From the IMG/VR virus record IMGVR_UViG_3300029305_011675: DNA of 64,000 nt; one strand, written 5' to 3'. This document shows, piece after piece, positions 1 through 10,278 of the stretch (the stretch's first letter is position 1; the number at the start of each line of letters is the position of its first letter). The stretch comes from a virus (Duplodnaviria > Heunggongvirae > Uroviricota > Caudoviricetes). The notes below the pieces were generated by a model. It saw only the letters and a list, made by a program, of their open reading frames with translations, ran no database searches and was not told the DNA's origin. The position numbers were made by a program, and so were the translations under genes.

Positions 1-11
1 TAGCATTTTTA

Positions 12-1514
12 TTGGCAGTTGTTTTGGTATTTGGTCTTGTTGCTTGTTCTACAGATAATAAAAAAGAAAATTCAACTGATGGAACAATCTCCGAAACACA
101 AACTGATACAACCCCATCAACCGAAAACACAGAAACAACCGAGCCATCAGAAGAAAACACCGAAGAAACAACAACCCCGACAGAAGGTTCTGACAATACA
201 GAAAATAAACCTTCTGAAGAAACAACAAATAAAAATGATAAGGAAACCTCCACTCCTTCAGAAAATCGTCCTGTAGTAAAAGATGAAGATTCAAACACTT
301 CTTCACAAAAAAAGGATGATACTATGTTCAATAGTTATGAAAGTTTTGTTCAAAATTCAGTAACTTCTGAAAGTTTCTCTTTAAGTAATGCACCGTCAAA
401 TCTGACAGAACTTAAACCCGTTTGTAATTGCAATATTAAATTTAATGGTAACCTCAAAAGTGGAAGTGTTGAGGTTGTTATCAATGGTGTTGGACACGGT
501 CATTCTTGGGGAACAGCAGAAATGCATTCAACTGCCAGTTCTTCTAAAAGCACAAGCACCGCATCTGCAGGTGTAAGTGCTTTCGCACCTAATGGTCAAA
601 TGCTTATCGCTTGTGGTCAATGCGGTTTTGTAAAAGGCGAGAATTTTATTTTTGTAAAAATTCCAGGAAAATCACACGGTCACGGTTGGAGTTGGCCAAA
701 GGAAAAAGTTGAGGATAAAACTTGTCATTGTTTAGAGTTCTTAACAGGTGATTTTGAAAACGGCAGTTATTCTCCTGAAATATACGGTATTATTAGCGGC
801 GGTGCTCCATATGTTTGCGGACACGGATGGTCAACATCAAAAAGTGTTAGCACAGGTATTAGTTCTGATGTCTCTGTTGGCGTAAGTCCAAGTGTTGGCA
901 CAGGCATTGTTGGAAATGCTGTAAGTGCTGGAGGTAGTGTGAGCGAATCTGTTAGTAAACCACAAAATTTAACTGGTGTACCTCCTTGCCCAAATTGTGG
1001 TTTCAGAAAATATGAAAATATTTATGGAAGTAAAATCATCACATTCAGATGTTTAGAAAACGGTGGTTCACACACAATTGATTTTACAACTTTCCACAAA
1101 ATTGGCGAAAAAGTAAATTGCCCCTGTGGTTTAACTACAAGCGGAGATAAGGCTAATGGCAGTTTTGGTTTCGCACTAAAATATTCAGGTCACGGTCACG
1201 GTTGGTCAACCAGTGTCTCTGTTGGAAGTCCAAATACACAAAGTTCTTCTACAGGGGGATACAATGCTGGTGCCAGTCAAACTGTTGGTTCATCCCACAG
1301 CAACACGGTTTCTGAAAGTTGGAGTGCTGGCACAAGTCATTCCGTTGGCACAACCCAAGGTGTAACAAATTCTGAAAGTTGGAGCACTGGTACATCGCAC
1401 AGCACTGGTTCAAGTATTGTATCAAGTTGTTCTTGCGAATATGAAGAAGTTGAGAACGGTTTTATTGTAAAATGCCCAGCAACCAACAAATATCATGTAA
1501 TTAACTATAGTTAA
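12..1514 (+). CDS. Secreted lipoprotein with Cys/His (GHGW) repeats and Ser/Thr-rich segments; true start probably upstream of the window
   Basis: Lipobox LVAC, acidic T/E linker, four (G/S/C)HG(H)(G/S)W motifs with CxC/CxxC. Confidence 0.75.
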   Translation: MAVVLVFGLVACSTDNKKENSTDGTISETQTDTTPSTENTETTEPSEENTEETTTPTEGSDNTENKPSEETTNKNDKETSTPSENRPVVKDEDSNTSSQKKDDTMFNSYESFVQNSVTSESFSLSNAPSNLTELKPVCNCNIKFNGNLKSGSVEVVINGVGHGHSWGTAEMHSTASSSKSTSTASAGVSAFAPNGQMLIACGQCGFVKGENFIFVKIPGKSHGHGWSWPKEKVEDKTCHCLEFLTGDFENGSYSPEIYGIISGGAPYVCGHGWSTSKSVSTGISSDVSVGVSPSVGTGIVGNAVSAGGSVSESVSKPQNLTGVPPCPNCGFRKYENIYGSKIITFRCLENGGSHTIDFTTFHKIGEKVNCPCGLTTSGDKANGSFGFALKYSGHGHGWSTSVSVGSPNTQSSSTGGYNAGASQTVGSSHSNTVSESWSAGTSHSVGTTQGVTNSESWSTGTSHSTGSSIVSSCSCEYEEVENGFIVKCPATNKYHVINYS

Positions 1515-1567
1515 CAAAAAGAAAACCGACTTTTGCCAATGTTTAATCTTTATTTAAGATAAAAATA

Positions 1568-1632
1568 ACGAGCAGTTCATCCTACCACTTAATTTTGTAA
1601 ACAAAATTTGAAGTAGAGGTGTTCTTGCTCGT
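1568..1632. other. Long imperfect hairpin: terminator or remnant IS200/IS605-type end
   Basis: ACGAGCA...TGCTCGT outer stem with inner AATTTTG/CAAAATT stem, followed by a T-run. Confidence 0.4.
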
Positions 1633-1770
1633 TTTTTTGATAAAAACTTTTTTAATTTTTTCACCAATTATGCATTCAAAACGGACACTGAAATACAAAA
1701 ATCAGGTTTCTATAGCAATTTACATAGTTTCACTTGCAAAGCATCTTAACATTTGCTTTCTAAAGTTTCA

Positions 1771-1799
1771 TTGACAAGAAAAAGAAAATCATATATGAT
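1771..1799 (+). promoter_or_regulatory. sigmaA promoter of pilin-like gene 1
   Basis: TTGACA-17 nt-TATGAT; spacer resembles those at 38992 and 43934. Confidence 0.7.
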
Positions 1800-1831
1800 T
1801 AGTTTATCAAATGTGAAAGGAATGATTTCTT

Positions 1832-3637
1832 ATGAAGTTTAACATAAAATCAAAGAAAGGCTTCACCTTAATCGAGTTACTTGTGGTGATTGGCATTCTT
1901 GCAGTGCTTGCAGCAATTGCGATACCATCAGTAGCAGGTCTCATTGATAGAGCAAATGTATCTGCCGACAACAGCAATGCAACTGCTATGACAAATGCAA
2001 TTGAACAATTTACATCGGAGTTTGAATTAGTGAAGCAAGATATTGCATCAGGAGTTCTTGATGAGAATGACTTGGATGCAGTACAAGGTAGAATATTCAA
2101 CATTTTTGAAATTACGATGCGAAGTCAAGTTACTCACATTGAAAACGAGGATGGCATTAATGGATATGGTGTCAATATCAATACCAAGTATCCAGTAAAT
2201 GAGAAAACATTTAAGAGTGTAATCACACACTATTTGAAGACTGCATCTGACACCTTTATCCCAAAGCAAAGTGATAAAGCATTTTACTATTCACCCGAAA
2301 TTGGTATCGTTATCGTAGCAGAAGATGGTTCTACAACTGATGAACTGAATAAAATTGCATTGGTTGATGAAGACGGAGTAAGCATAAATAACAAAGGTTT
2401 TGTTACACTTTCGGTAACTCCACTTGCTGACGATATTGAAGATAATAACATTCAGTGGATTAACCTTACTCTCAATGCTTTGAATGAGAAGAGTGGCACT
2501 ACAATCACTAATGTTTATGTATCTACCGATACTAAAAATCAGTATACCACATTAAGAAAAGATGTGCTTGGTTATCAGGAATACGATAGCGAAGGTAGCG
2601 GTCTTTTCGTACCAGGAACTAATGAATATATTAAAATCAATGTGAATGGTAAGCAAGTTGATGCTACTTGGAAAAACTTAATCCGTGGCGATTACATACG
2701 CATTATAAGCGGTGAGTTAGAAAACGGTTCTAATGCTCGTTTAATGTCGGGCGAACTTGTTATTGGTCCAGAGATATCAGCTATCATAAGTAAAGCATGG
2801 AATTCTGGAAATGCATTCTTGCAATACTCAAATGTAACATCTATTGTGTTTAAGGAAGGAATCACAAATATTGGAAACTGGGCATTTCGAGAAGCACGTG
2901 CGCTCAAAACAGTAACTATACCAAGCACAGTCTCTTATATTGGTGGAGGCGCATTTGGAGCTTCATCTTTACAAACCATAAATCTTTCAGAAGATAATCC
3001 ATATTTTTCATTATACAATGGTGTACTTTACACCTCTGATTATTCAGAATTAATTAAGGTTCCTGCAATGGCAAACATTGTTGATTTAACATTGCACGAA
3101 AATACAAAGATTGTGAGAAATTATGCATGCACGAGTCAAAGCATAATTCAAAATGTATACTGCAATGAAAATTTAGAACAAATTGGGCAACAATCTTTCA
3201 CTGGTTGCTCACAGTTGAAAAATATATACATAAATGATAAGTGTAAGATAACATCTTGGGCACCTTTTAGGGGTTCAAATAATGTAATATTCCACATGAG
3301 TGAAAACCACCAATATAATACAGTGTATGATAATGCCATTTACGACAAAGATTTAACTACTATTTATGCTGCTGGAATACAATCCGATGGTATTTTGGAA
3401 ATTCCAGATGGTGTAGAGTATATTTATAACATGACCAACAGAACGATACACACAATAATTTTACCCAATAGTGTAAAAGACTTTAATACTCATGCAATGT
3501 ATGAATATGTAAAAAATATTTATTATGCAGGTTCGCAAGAAGAATTTGATGCAATTGATATTATTTTGACTGATGAAGAAGGAATATGTGAAGAAGTGCT
3601 ATCAAAAGCAAATATCATATATAATTATAACCCATAA
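1832..3637 (+). CDS. Type IV pilin-like protein 1 with C-terminal BspA-type leucine-rich repeats
   Basis: Prepilin motif KG|FTLIELLVVIGILAVLAAIAIP; LRR_5-like repeats (GITNIGNWAF, TIPSTVSYIGGGAF). Confidence 0.85.
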   Translation: MKFNIKSKKGFTLIELLVVIGILAVLAAIAIPSVAGLIDRANVSADNSNATAMTNAIEQFTSEFELVKQDIASGVLDENDLDAVQGRIFNIFEITMRSQVTHIENEDGINGYGVNINTKYPVNEKTFKSVITHYLKTASDTFIPKQSDKAFYYSPEIGIVIVAEDGSTTDELNKIALVDEDGVSINNKGFVTLSVTPLADDIEDNNIQWINLTLNALNEKSGTTITNVYVSTDTKNQYTTLRKDVLGYQEYDSEGSGLFVPGTNEYIKINVNGKQVDATWKNLIRGDYIRIISGELENGSNARLMSGELVIGPEISAIISKAWNSGNAFLQYSNVTSIVFKEGITNIGNWAFREARALKTVTIPSTVSYIGGGAFGASSLQTINLSEDNPYFSLYNGVLYTSDYSELIKVPAMANIVDLTLHENTKIVRNYACTSQSIIQNVYCNENLEQIGQQSFTGCSQLKNIYINDKCKITSWAPFRGSNNVIFHMSENHQYNTVYDNAIYDKDLTTIYAAGIQSDGILEIPDGVEYIYNMTNRTIHTIILPNSVKDFNTHAMYEYVKNIYYAGSQEEFDAIDIILTDEEGICEEVLSKANIIYNYNP

Positions 3638-3809
3638 ACAAAAACCACTGTAAAAACAGTGGTTTTTTATTTTACAACCACACATTAACCATTTACAAAA
3701 CAGCATTATATAAAACAAATTGACTTTTTGATAAAAATATTGTATACTTATAAAAACAAACTGGTCGATTTCGACCAGTTTAAGTATATGGTTTGAAAGG
3801 AAATAAAAT

Positions 3810-4325
3810 ATGAGCAAAAAAGCAACTTATTTCATATTGGGTATAGCATTAGTTATTGCCATTGTGCTTGGCATCGGCATCGGAATTAAAAATAGAAGCA
3901 TCGACATAGACCAAATCATTATGGACAATGCAAAACCAAAAACTATTGAATTTAATATCGAAAACGAAACTTACAAAATCACAATGCCTGCAAATCTTGA
4001 TTATGCAATTCAAAAAATTGATGAAAAAACTTTTGTAATTGCTTATGCGATTGGCGGAACACCCATTGCAGAAGACCACCAAATTCACTTTATAAAAGAG
4101 TTACCAAATGATAATTTTGAGAAAATTAAAAATGGTTCTCACACTTCTTTTACAGTCCCAAAAACCAACGGGGAAGTTGCTATCTACAAATGCACAAGCG
4201 GAGAATTAGAAGGAACAACTTGTTTTCTTATAACATTTAGTGATAAAAATCATTTTGTCTACTTTGAGACAAGTGAAGACCTTGAAAAACTCAAAGAATT
4301 AGCACAAAAACTATCTTTTGAATAA
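3810..4325 (+). CDS. Membrane-anchored hypothetical protein, paralogue 1 of 3
   Basis: N-terminal TM helix; motifs shared with the next two ORFs. Confidence 0.75.
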   Translation: MSKKATYFILGIALVIAIVLGIGIGIKNRSIDIDQIIMDNAKPKTIEFNIENETYKITMPANLDYAIQKIDEKTFVIAYAIGGTPIAEDHQIHFIKELPNDNFEKIKNGSHTSFTVPKTNGEVAIYKCTSGELEGTTCFLITFSDKNHFVYFETSEDLEKLKELAQKLSFE

Positions 4326-4337
4326 GGAGAGAATATT

Positions 4338-4856
4338 ATGAATTCACCAGGAAAATATTTATCAATCATTGCAGTCATTATAGTCGTAACAAGTTTACTC
4401 CTCGGTGTTTTAAGTAATACCGATTTGCTTAATGTTAGTTCTGCTGGCAATTCAAATAATAAAAAACAAGAATATAGTGATTTCACATATATGGGCGAAG
4501 ATTATCGAATTAGTTTTAGGAACAAAAATCACGATTATAAAATTGTAAGAGTAGACGACCAAACTTTTGCAATTTGCGATAAAAACGGGACACCATTGGT
4601 AACTTCATGTCAATTTATTAGTGAAAAACCACTCCCAATTACCACTCTGGAAAATAAGCGTTCACTTAATATAGCGAGAAGTGTCCAAGAGGCAAGATTT
4701 ACAATCAAGTTATTTACAGATAAAACAGGCAGTTATTATCCAGACACCAGATTTATGTTGATTTCGTTTTCTAGTAATTATGATATGATATATTGTGAAA
4801 CTGACTTATCTCTTGCGGAGCTAAACAATATCGCTGATGTTTTGTTTATATATTAA
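4338..4856 (+). CDS. Membrane-anchored hypothetical protein, paralogue 2 of 3
   Basis: N-terminal TM helix; DYKIVRVDDQTF and YCETD motifs. Confidence 0.75.
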   Translation: MNSPGKYLSIIAVIIVVTSLLLGVLSNTDLLNVSSAGNSNNKKQEYSDFTYMGEDYRISFRNKNHDYKIVRVDDQTFAICDKNGTPLVTSCQFISEKPLPITTLENKRSLNIARSVQEARFTIKLFTDKTGSYYPDTRFMLISFSSNYDMIYCETDLSLAELNNIADVLFIY

Positions 4857-4869
4857 GGGAGAGAACAAG

Positions 4870-5388
4870 ATGCACAATACGACAAAGACATTAATTGGTG
4901 TAGGTGTTGGATTTTTCATAGCAATTGTATTGGTGTGCATAGGTCTATCGAATAACTGGTTTTTACCAGAACAGAAATCTGAAGAACCTGAATGGACATA
5001 CTTTCTATCTGGTACAGAAACCTATTATATTGCACCAAAACCAGACACAAAATATAATATTGTGAAATTAGACGATTCGAGCTTCAAAATTGAGTACGAT
5101 GGAAAAATGTATTTTGATACACCACTTACTTTCTACAGAATATTGCCAGAAACCTTCCAAGAGGTTCAATCAATCGAAAAAGGTTATATGAGAAAATCAA
5201 CTGCAAACAGCGATGATATATTCAATATTGATGTTTACCAAAAACATAAAAACGGAAATGGTTATGGCACAAAGTATGTTCTCATACAGATAAAAAATGG
5301 AGAAAGCAGAATTTGTTGTGAAACAGATATGCCTGCAGAACAAATTTTTCACATTTTTGATTATATGTTAGCAAAAAATGTTGAATAA
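4870..5388 (+). CDS. Membrane-anchored hypothetical protein, paralogue 3 of 3
   Basis: GGAGAG RBS before ATG 4870; KYNIVKLDDSSF and CCETD motifs. Confidence 0.75.
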   Translation: MHNTTKTLIGVGVGFFIAIVLVCIGLSNNWFLPEQKSEEPEWTYFLSGTETYYIAPKPDTKYNIVKLDDSSFKIEYDGKMYFDTPLTFYRILPETFQEVQSIEKGYMRKSTANSDDIFNIDVYQKHKNGNGYGTKYVLIQIKNGESRICCETDMPAEQIFHIFDYMLAKNVE

Positions 5389-5450
5389 CATTTTGCATGC
5401 AATATAATTAGACAATACAAAAACCGACTTCGAAGCGAAGTCGGTTTTCA

Positions 5451-5744
5451 TTATGGTGCAGAACAAATATTGTTTGGGTTCATTGGATATTCCCTGAACA
5501 TTTCTTCTTCACGGAGTTCTTCACCGTAATTAAATTCATCAATGACTTGTTTCCATTCTTCAATGGAAATACCGCTATGTTTTTCCAAGAATAAGCACTC
5601 TTGTTCTGTTACCTCTTGCAAATGAAAAAATTTGCGGACAATATTCTTGCACTTGTTCTCGTAAAACAGATATTGGCAATTAGAAAACTTATCATTGTTT
5701 TCTTTAAGAAACAAATCCCAATTAGCAAATCGTGTATAGTCCAT
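5451..5744 (-). CDS. Hypothetical protein
   Basis: ORF with RBS; ends at the bidirectional terminator near 5420-5449. Confidence 0.65.
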   Translation of the reverse strand: MDYTRFANWDLFLKENNDKFSNCQYLFYENKCKNIVRKFFHLQEVTEQECLFLEKHSGISIEEWKQVIDEFNYGEELREEEMFREYPMNPNNICSAP

Positions 5745-5756
5745 AATATCACCTAA

Positions 5757-6110
5757 TTAAACATCATAGAACTTATACCGACCATCACGGTCAAGTTCAA
5801 GCATTTGAAGTTTCTTTTGCTGCTCCTCGATTACACGACTAATCGCCTTGCGAAGTTCTTCTTCATACTTCTTGTCGTTATTTTCGAGAGAAAACATAGT
5901 GTATTTACCATTCCTATCCGCAATTTCAGGAATGATATCAAGGTCTGCTTCACAGGGAGGATAAACACCATACTGACCAAAGAAACTGCTATAAGTAGTT
6001 CCTTTTGGAATGAAACAATAACCAGTCTTTTGTGTTGCAGGTTCTACATCAAAAACATGCTTTTTGATAATATTGAAACCCTCAAAACGATACATATATA
6101 ACTTCAACAT
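5757..6110 (-). CDS. Hypothetical protein
   Basis: GAGG RBS and upstream TTGACA/TATAAT promoter on the minus strand. Confidence 0.7.
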   Translation of the reverse strand: MLKLYMYRFEGFNIIKKHVFDVEPATQKTGYCFIPKGTTYSSFFGQYGVYPPCEADLDIIPEIADRNGKYTMFSLENNDKKYEEELRKAISRVIEEQQKKLQMLELDRDGRYKFYDV

Positions 6111-6328
6111 ATTAACCTCTCCTTATCCTTTGATGTAATTATATTATATCACAAATCAACACCAATGTCAACCATTTTTTGATTCCGCATAGGGAACTTT
6201 TGAAACTATTTTTATCGAAAATGTTCCCTAAAATACAAGAAAAGCATCTGTTTTCACAGATGCTTTTAATGTTTTTGGACAAGTTAAATAAATTGGTTTC
6301 GGTTTTGTTTACATATCGATAAAACATA

Positions 6329-7051
6329 TTATTCCTCTGGGTGATTCTTTTTCCATTCTCTTTCAAATTCCTCTTCCCAAGCAATGTGTGCTTCGTGACA
6401 ATATTTTACAAAAGCAATAATTTCACGAATCTCATAATTGCCATAAACAGAGAAAAATATGGACTCTTCTTCACAATAAAGTTCGTTGCTCAATTGCTTC
6501 CAAATATCGTCATAGGCAAAAGAACGCCTATAATAATCGATTTTTTTCTGAAGTTTTTCTCCCGTATAACCCTCGTAACAATCATTAAAACTGCCGTGAT
6601 ATCTCTGTCTATATGCTCTTTTTACATATGCATTAGAATATGAGTGCCAACGGTCGAAAATCTTCGTAAAGGCATCAATACCCTCCCATTCTTTTCTCTC
6701 GTAGTCTTGGTCACAAGAATTTTGGAAATATACTGTTTTATCAAACTGGTCTCTCATGCAAGTTGGGACACCAAATACACCGAGTAACCCGTGTTTTCTG
6801 TTGTAGAAATATTTGTATTGGAATACACTACAGCGAGCCCACGAGCGTGCCTCACGAACTTTTTCGTCAGGTACTTCTTTTAGTGTTTTTGGAATCTCCA
6901 AACTGTTTCGGATATAAGGCGGATAACTATGGTTTTCTTCCGCAATATCCTTCAATCTTTCAGTTGTGATTTTCTTATAGTTTTGCAAAAACGGAATAAT
7001 GTCCTTTTCATCCATTTTCTTAAAACTAATAAAACAACTATAACTCATCAC
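6329..7051 (-). CDS. Hypothetical protein
   Basis: 240-aa ORF with AGGAGG RBS. Confidence 0.75.
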   Translation of the reverse strand: MMSYSCFISFKKMDEKDIIPFLQNYKKITTERLKDIAEENHSYPPYIRNSLEIPKTLKEVPDEKVREARSWARCSVFQYKYFYNRKHGLLGVFGVPTCMRDQFDKTVYFQNSCDQDYERKEWEGIDAFTKIFDRWHSYSNAYVKRAYRQRYHGSFNDCYEGYTGEKLQKKIDYYRRSFAYDDIWKQLSNELYCEEESIFFSVYGNYEIREIIAFVKYCHEAHIAWEEEFEREWKKNHPEE

Positions 7052-7198
7052 TATTCCTCCTTATATATGAAATTTAGTTGTATCACAATTATGATTTCTA
7101 AACTTTTTTCTCTCAAGAATTTTCATATTTATTATATCATAAAACACTACCGATGTCAACACAAATTAAAAAGACCTTTGTTTCCAAAGGTCTTTAAG

Positions 7199-8380
7199 TT
7201 ACTCATCTATATCAACTGGATTGTATTCAGTATCGTTTAGCTCATCTTCGCCCATAGGTTCTTTATCTTCTGGAACTTCGCCCACATCAGGTGGGTCAAC
7301 TTCATCTGGGTCACTCTCAACACCAATAATTTCGCATAGATGTTCATATCTGTCATCATCTGGTGTAATCGCAAAAGAATCTGTCATTCCATCTGCCGAT
7401 GCCTCAACCAAAATATTTCCACTTTCCACATCATATGTATATTCATATTTTGTTTCAACTTCGATTGTTTCACTATCTGTATATACAATTTCTGTAAAAG
7501 TTTCGTTTACAGTACCATCTTCTCTTTCGTAACTGTTGTCCAAGAATCGTTCAACAGTTCCATCAATAGCGCCATTTTCAAACTTGCCGTCAGAAATTTC
7601 ATAAACTGTTTTTTCTGCCAATTGGCCATCTCTATCGTAACCATAAATTTCGATAGAACCTATGCCTCTACCATCTTCAGAATATTCTACGGCAGCAACT
7701 AATTTACCGTCTTCATCATAGTAACACATTTTCATATCTTCATCAAGGTTCTTATCAGCATACTCAATACTAATTGATGTTGGCGAATCTTCTGTTTTGT
7801 ATGATAATTCTGCTTCAAAAACTCCACCATTATCTGGAGTTCTTTCCTCTACTACCTCTGTGTATGTGTCTTTTTCAATTTCTTCGACAGGAAAACTCCC
7901 ATCTTCGCTTATTGCAATAATTCTGTCTGCCAAATCACTATCAAAAACCAATTCTCCATCTAAAACACCTGTTTCAAGATAAGCATCAAGTTGGTCTGCA
8001 TTCAATTCATACACATCTCCGTCTTCAACTATATAAAATTTTTCTGTATCATTCTGCATGGAGACACTACCATCTGTATCATACATTGTCGAAACTTCTG
8101 TTTGCCTTATAATACCATCGCTATCTTTTTCGTAAGATGTCTCTATGGTTTGAAACCCAATTTCTGGCAATAATTCATATTCTGAAACAGAAATTGCACT
8201 ACCATCTTCTGTGAATTCACTAACAGTAAGACTCGAATCTCCAAAATCCCCTTCATACAAAGTAGCAACATTGTTTCCGTCAACATCGTAATAATCTGTT
8301 GTATTATCATTTTCTATTTTGCTTGTAAATTCTATATCAATAGAACCGAACCTACCAAAATCAATGCTATCTTTTGCCAT
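7199..8380 (-). CDS. Very acidic hypothetical protein
   Basis: 393 aa, extremely D/E-rich, no signal peptide, AGGAG RBS. Confidence 0.75.
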   Translation of the reverse strand: MAKDSIDFGRFGSIDIEFTSKIENDNTTDYYDVDGNNVATLYEGDFGDSSLTVSEFTEDGSAISVSEYELLPEIGFQTIETSYEKDSDGIIRQTEVSTMYDTDGSVSMQNDTEKFYIVEDGDVYELNADQLDAYLETGVLDGELVFDSDLADRIIAISEDGSFPVEEIEKDTYTEVVEERTPDNGGVFEAELSYKTEDSPTSISIEYADKNLDEDMKMCYYDEDGKLVAAVEYSEDGRGIGSIEIYGYDRDGQLAEKTVYEISDGKFENGAIDGTVERFLDNSYEREDGTVNETFTEIVYTDSETIEVETKYEYTYDVESGNILVEASADGMTDSFAITPDDDRYEHLCEIIGVESDPDEVDPPDVGEVPEDKEPMGEDELNDTEYNPVDIDE

Positions 8381-8476
8381 AAGTCAACACTCCTTTTTCA
8401 TTTTTTGTTATTATATTTTTCTTTACTTTTTTTCTCCAGAAAAAAATAGACCAGAACAAGGTTCTGGTCTGTAATA

Positions 8477-9010
8477 TTACTTATTGCTACCAAGCAAAAT
8501 ATCCGTATTTGGTTTTGTGTCTTGTTCTGGGAAATCACCATCTGGCAAAGGTGCAGGCGTTACTTTATCATTGTCTTTTTCGGGTTTTTCGTCTTGCTCG
8601 CTATCAATAATTGTAATTTTATAATGAATTAGTTCTGCCTCTGTTTCTGCCTTTGTGTAGAAAATTCCGATAAATGGGTTTTTGATATATTTTTGAGCAT
8701 CTTTAATACCATCATTATATTGTTCAATTCTCTTTACAGTAGAAGAATTATATTCATTATTTTGAACCTTATAAATCAAGTATACCCGTTCCATTTCGAG
8801 ACTTTCTTCGGTAGTATTTGCCTGACATCCAATAACAGCAACACTTAAAATGACAATACCGACAAATGCCAGAACAGCGACAACCATCCCCGTTCTCTTA
8901 ATGACTTTTGCTCGCTTATTCTTCTCTCCCTTTTCTTTTGTGAGAAAAGCACATGCGATTGATGCTACCAAAATAACACCAAGAATTACATAAAATAGCA
9001 TGTTTTTCAC
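8477..9010 (-). CDS. Membrane protein
   Basis: Two N-terminal TM helices; GTG start with AGGAG RBS. Confidence 0.7.
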   Translation of the reverse strand: MKNMLFYVILGVILVASIACAFLTKEKGEKNKRAKVIKRTGMVVAVLAFVGIVILSVAVIGCQANTTEESLEMERVYLIYKVQNNEYNSSTVKRIEQYNDGIKDAQKYIKNPFIGIFYTKAETEAELIHYKITIIDSEQDEKPEKDNDKVTPAPLPDGDFPEQDTKPNTDILLGSNK

Positions 9011-9103
9011 TCCTTTTTTAATTTTGTTTGTATTTTATTGATGTACCATAGATACATTTTTTCACGATATTTTTTTGTTATTGGGAATGCGACAATCAAT
9101 GAT

Positions 9104-10120
9104 TTACCTCACATTCATTATCTCGTAAATCTTTTTGGCAGTATTTCCAATTACTTTATTGTCATAACTATTTCCTTCGGAATTTGTAAAAATAGCAAAT
9201 AAATAGTCATTACCTGTCCAAATAATACCAGCATCATTATGAACTGCATTTGGAGGGAAATTGTCACCAGATTTATGTGAATAATCAACATCCAATGCTT
9301 TTACACCATAAGCAAATTTTGTGTTAGTGCAAGCATTTTTCAGAATTTCCGCACCAATACTACCAGTTTCGAAATATTCATACACTTCTCGCCAAATCTT
9401 AATAAAATCATTGACCTGTGCTTTTGATGCCCAAATTGACCAATTAGGCACTATGGTTGAAGTGCAACCAAGTTCTTTCATCATTGCATTAAAACCATCG
9501 TGTCCAAGATACTCAACTATCATCTCGTAAGCAACATTGTCACTGATTGAAAGACCAAGTGTAATAAGAGTTTCGATAGAATACTTGCTACCAAAAGCAT
9601 TATAACGAATACTGCCAGAACCGCCATGATAATGTCGTTCTTCATAAGTCAAAATTGTATCTTTATCAATTTTCCCCTCGTCAATTTGTTTACAACAGTA
9701 TAGCATAATCGGCATCTTAATAGTGCAAGCAGAGAAATATGTTTGATTTGAATTATAAACCAATGCTTTTTCGCCATCGAGAGAATATGCTGCAACAGAA
9801 ATGTTTTTATTATAATCTTTTAGTATCTTTTCCAACTCTGCTGCTAATTCTTTATCTACATTCCCGTAAATTTTCAATTCTTTATTCACATATTCTAATT
9901 CACCAACAGAGATAAAATCTATTTCTGGTTGAACAACATCTTGATTTTCATCTATTTGATTTTCTGATGTATCTTCGCTTGGTCGTGTAGTCTCCGTTTC
10001 TTGCTTTGTTGTTTCTGCGATGCTTGGTTTTACAACTCCAGTTGGGTTTTCTGTTGCATTGTTGCAGCCTACACAAGTAATAGCAATAACCAATGCCATC
10101 AGAAAATAAATAAATTTCAT
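9104..10120 (-). CDS. Lipoprotein with class A beta-lactamase/serine hydrolase fold
   Basis: Lipobox CVGC; motifs ACTIK, SDN and HKSG. Confidence 0.8.
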   Translation of the reverse strand: MKFIYFLMALVIAITCVGCNNATENPTGVVKPSIAETTKQETETTRPSEDTSENQIDENQDVVQPEIDFISVGELEYVNKELKIYGNVDKELAAELEKILKDYNKNISVAAYSLDGEKALVYNSNQTYFSACTIKMPIMLYCCKQIDEGKIDKDTILTYEERHYHGGSGSIRYNAFGSKYSIETLITLGLSISDNVAYEMIVEYLGHDGFNAMMKELGCTSTIVPNWSIWASKAQVNDFIKIWREVYEYFETGSIGAEILKNACTNTKFAYGVKALDVDYSHKSGDNFPPNAVHNDAGIIWTGNDYLFAIFTNSEGNSYDNKVIGNTAKKIYEIMNVR

Positions 10121-10278
10121 AATCCACCTCTTATTTTTGCGATATTTAGTTGATAATACAATTTTATCATAAAACGATACATCTGTCAACACTTTTTTCA
10201 TTGATTACAACAAAAGGTTGACTTTTTGATGGATTTGTGTTATAATTAAGGAAAGAAAACCAAGAAAGGAAGTAAAAT

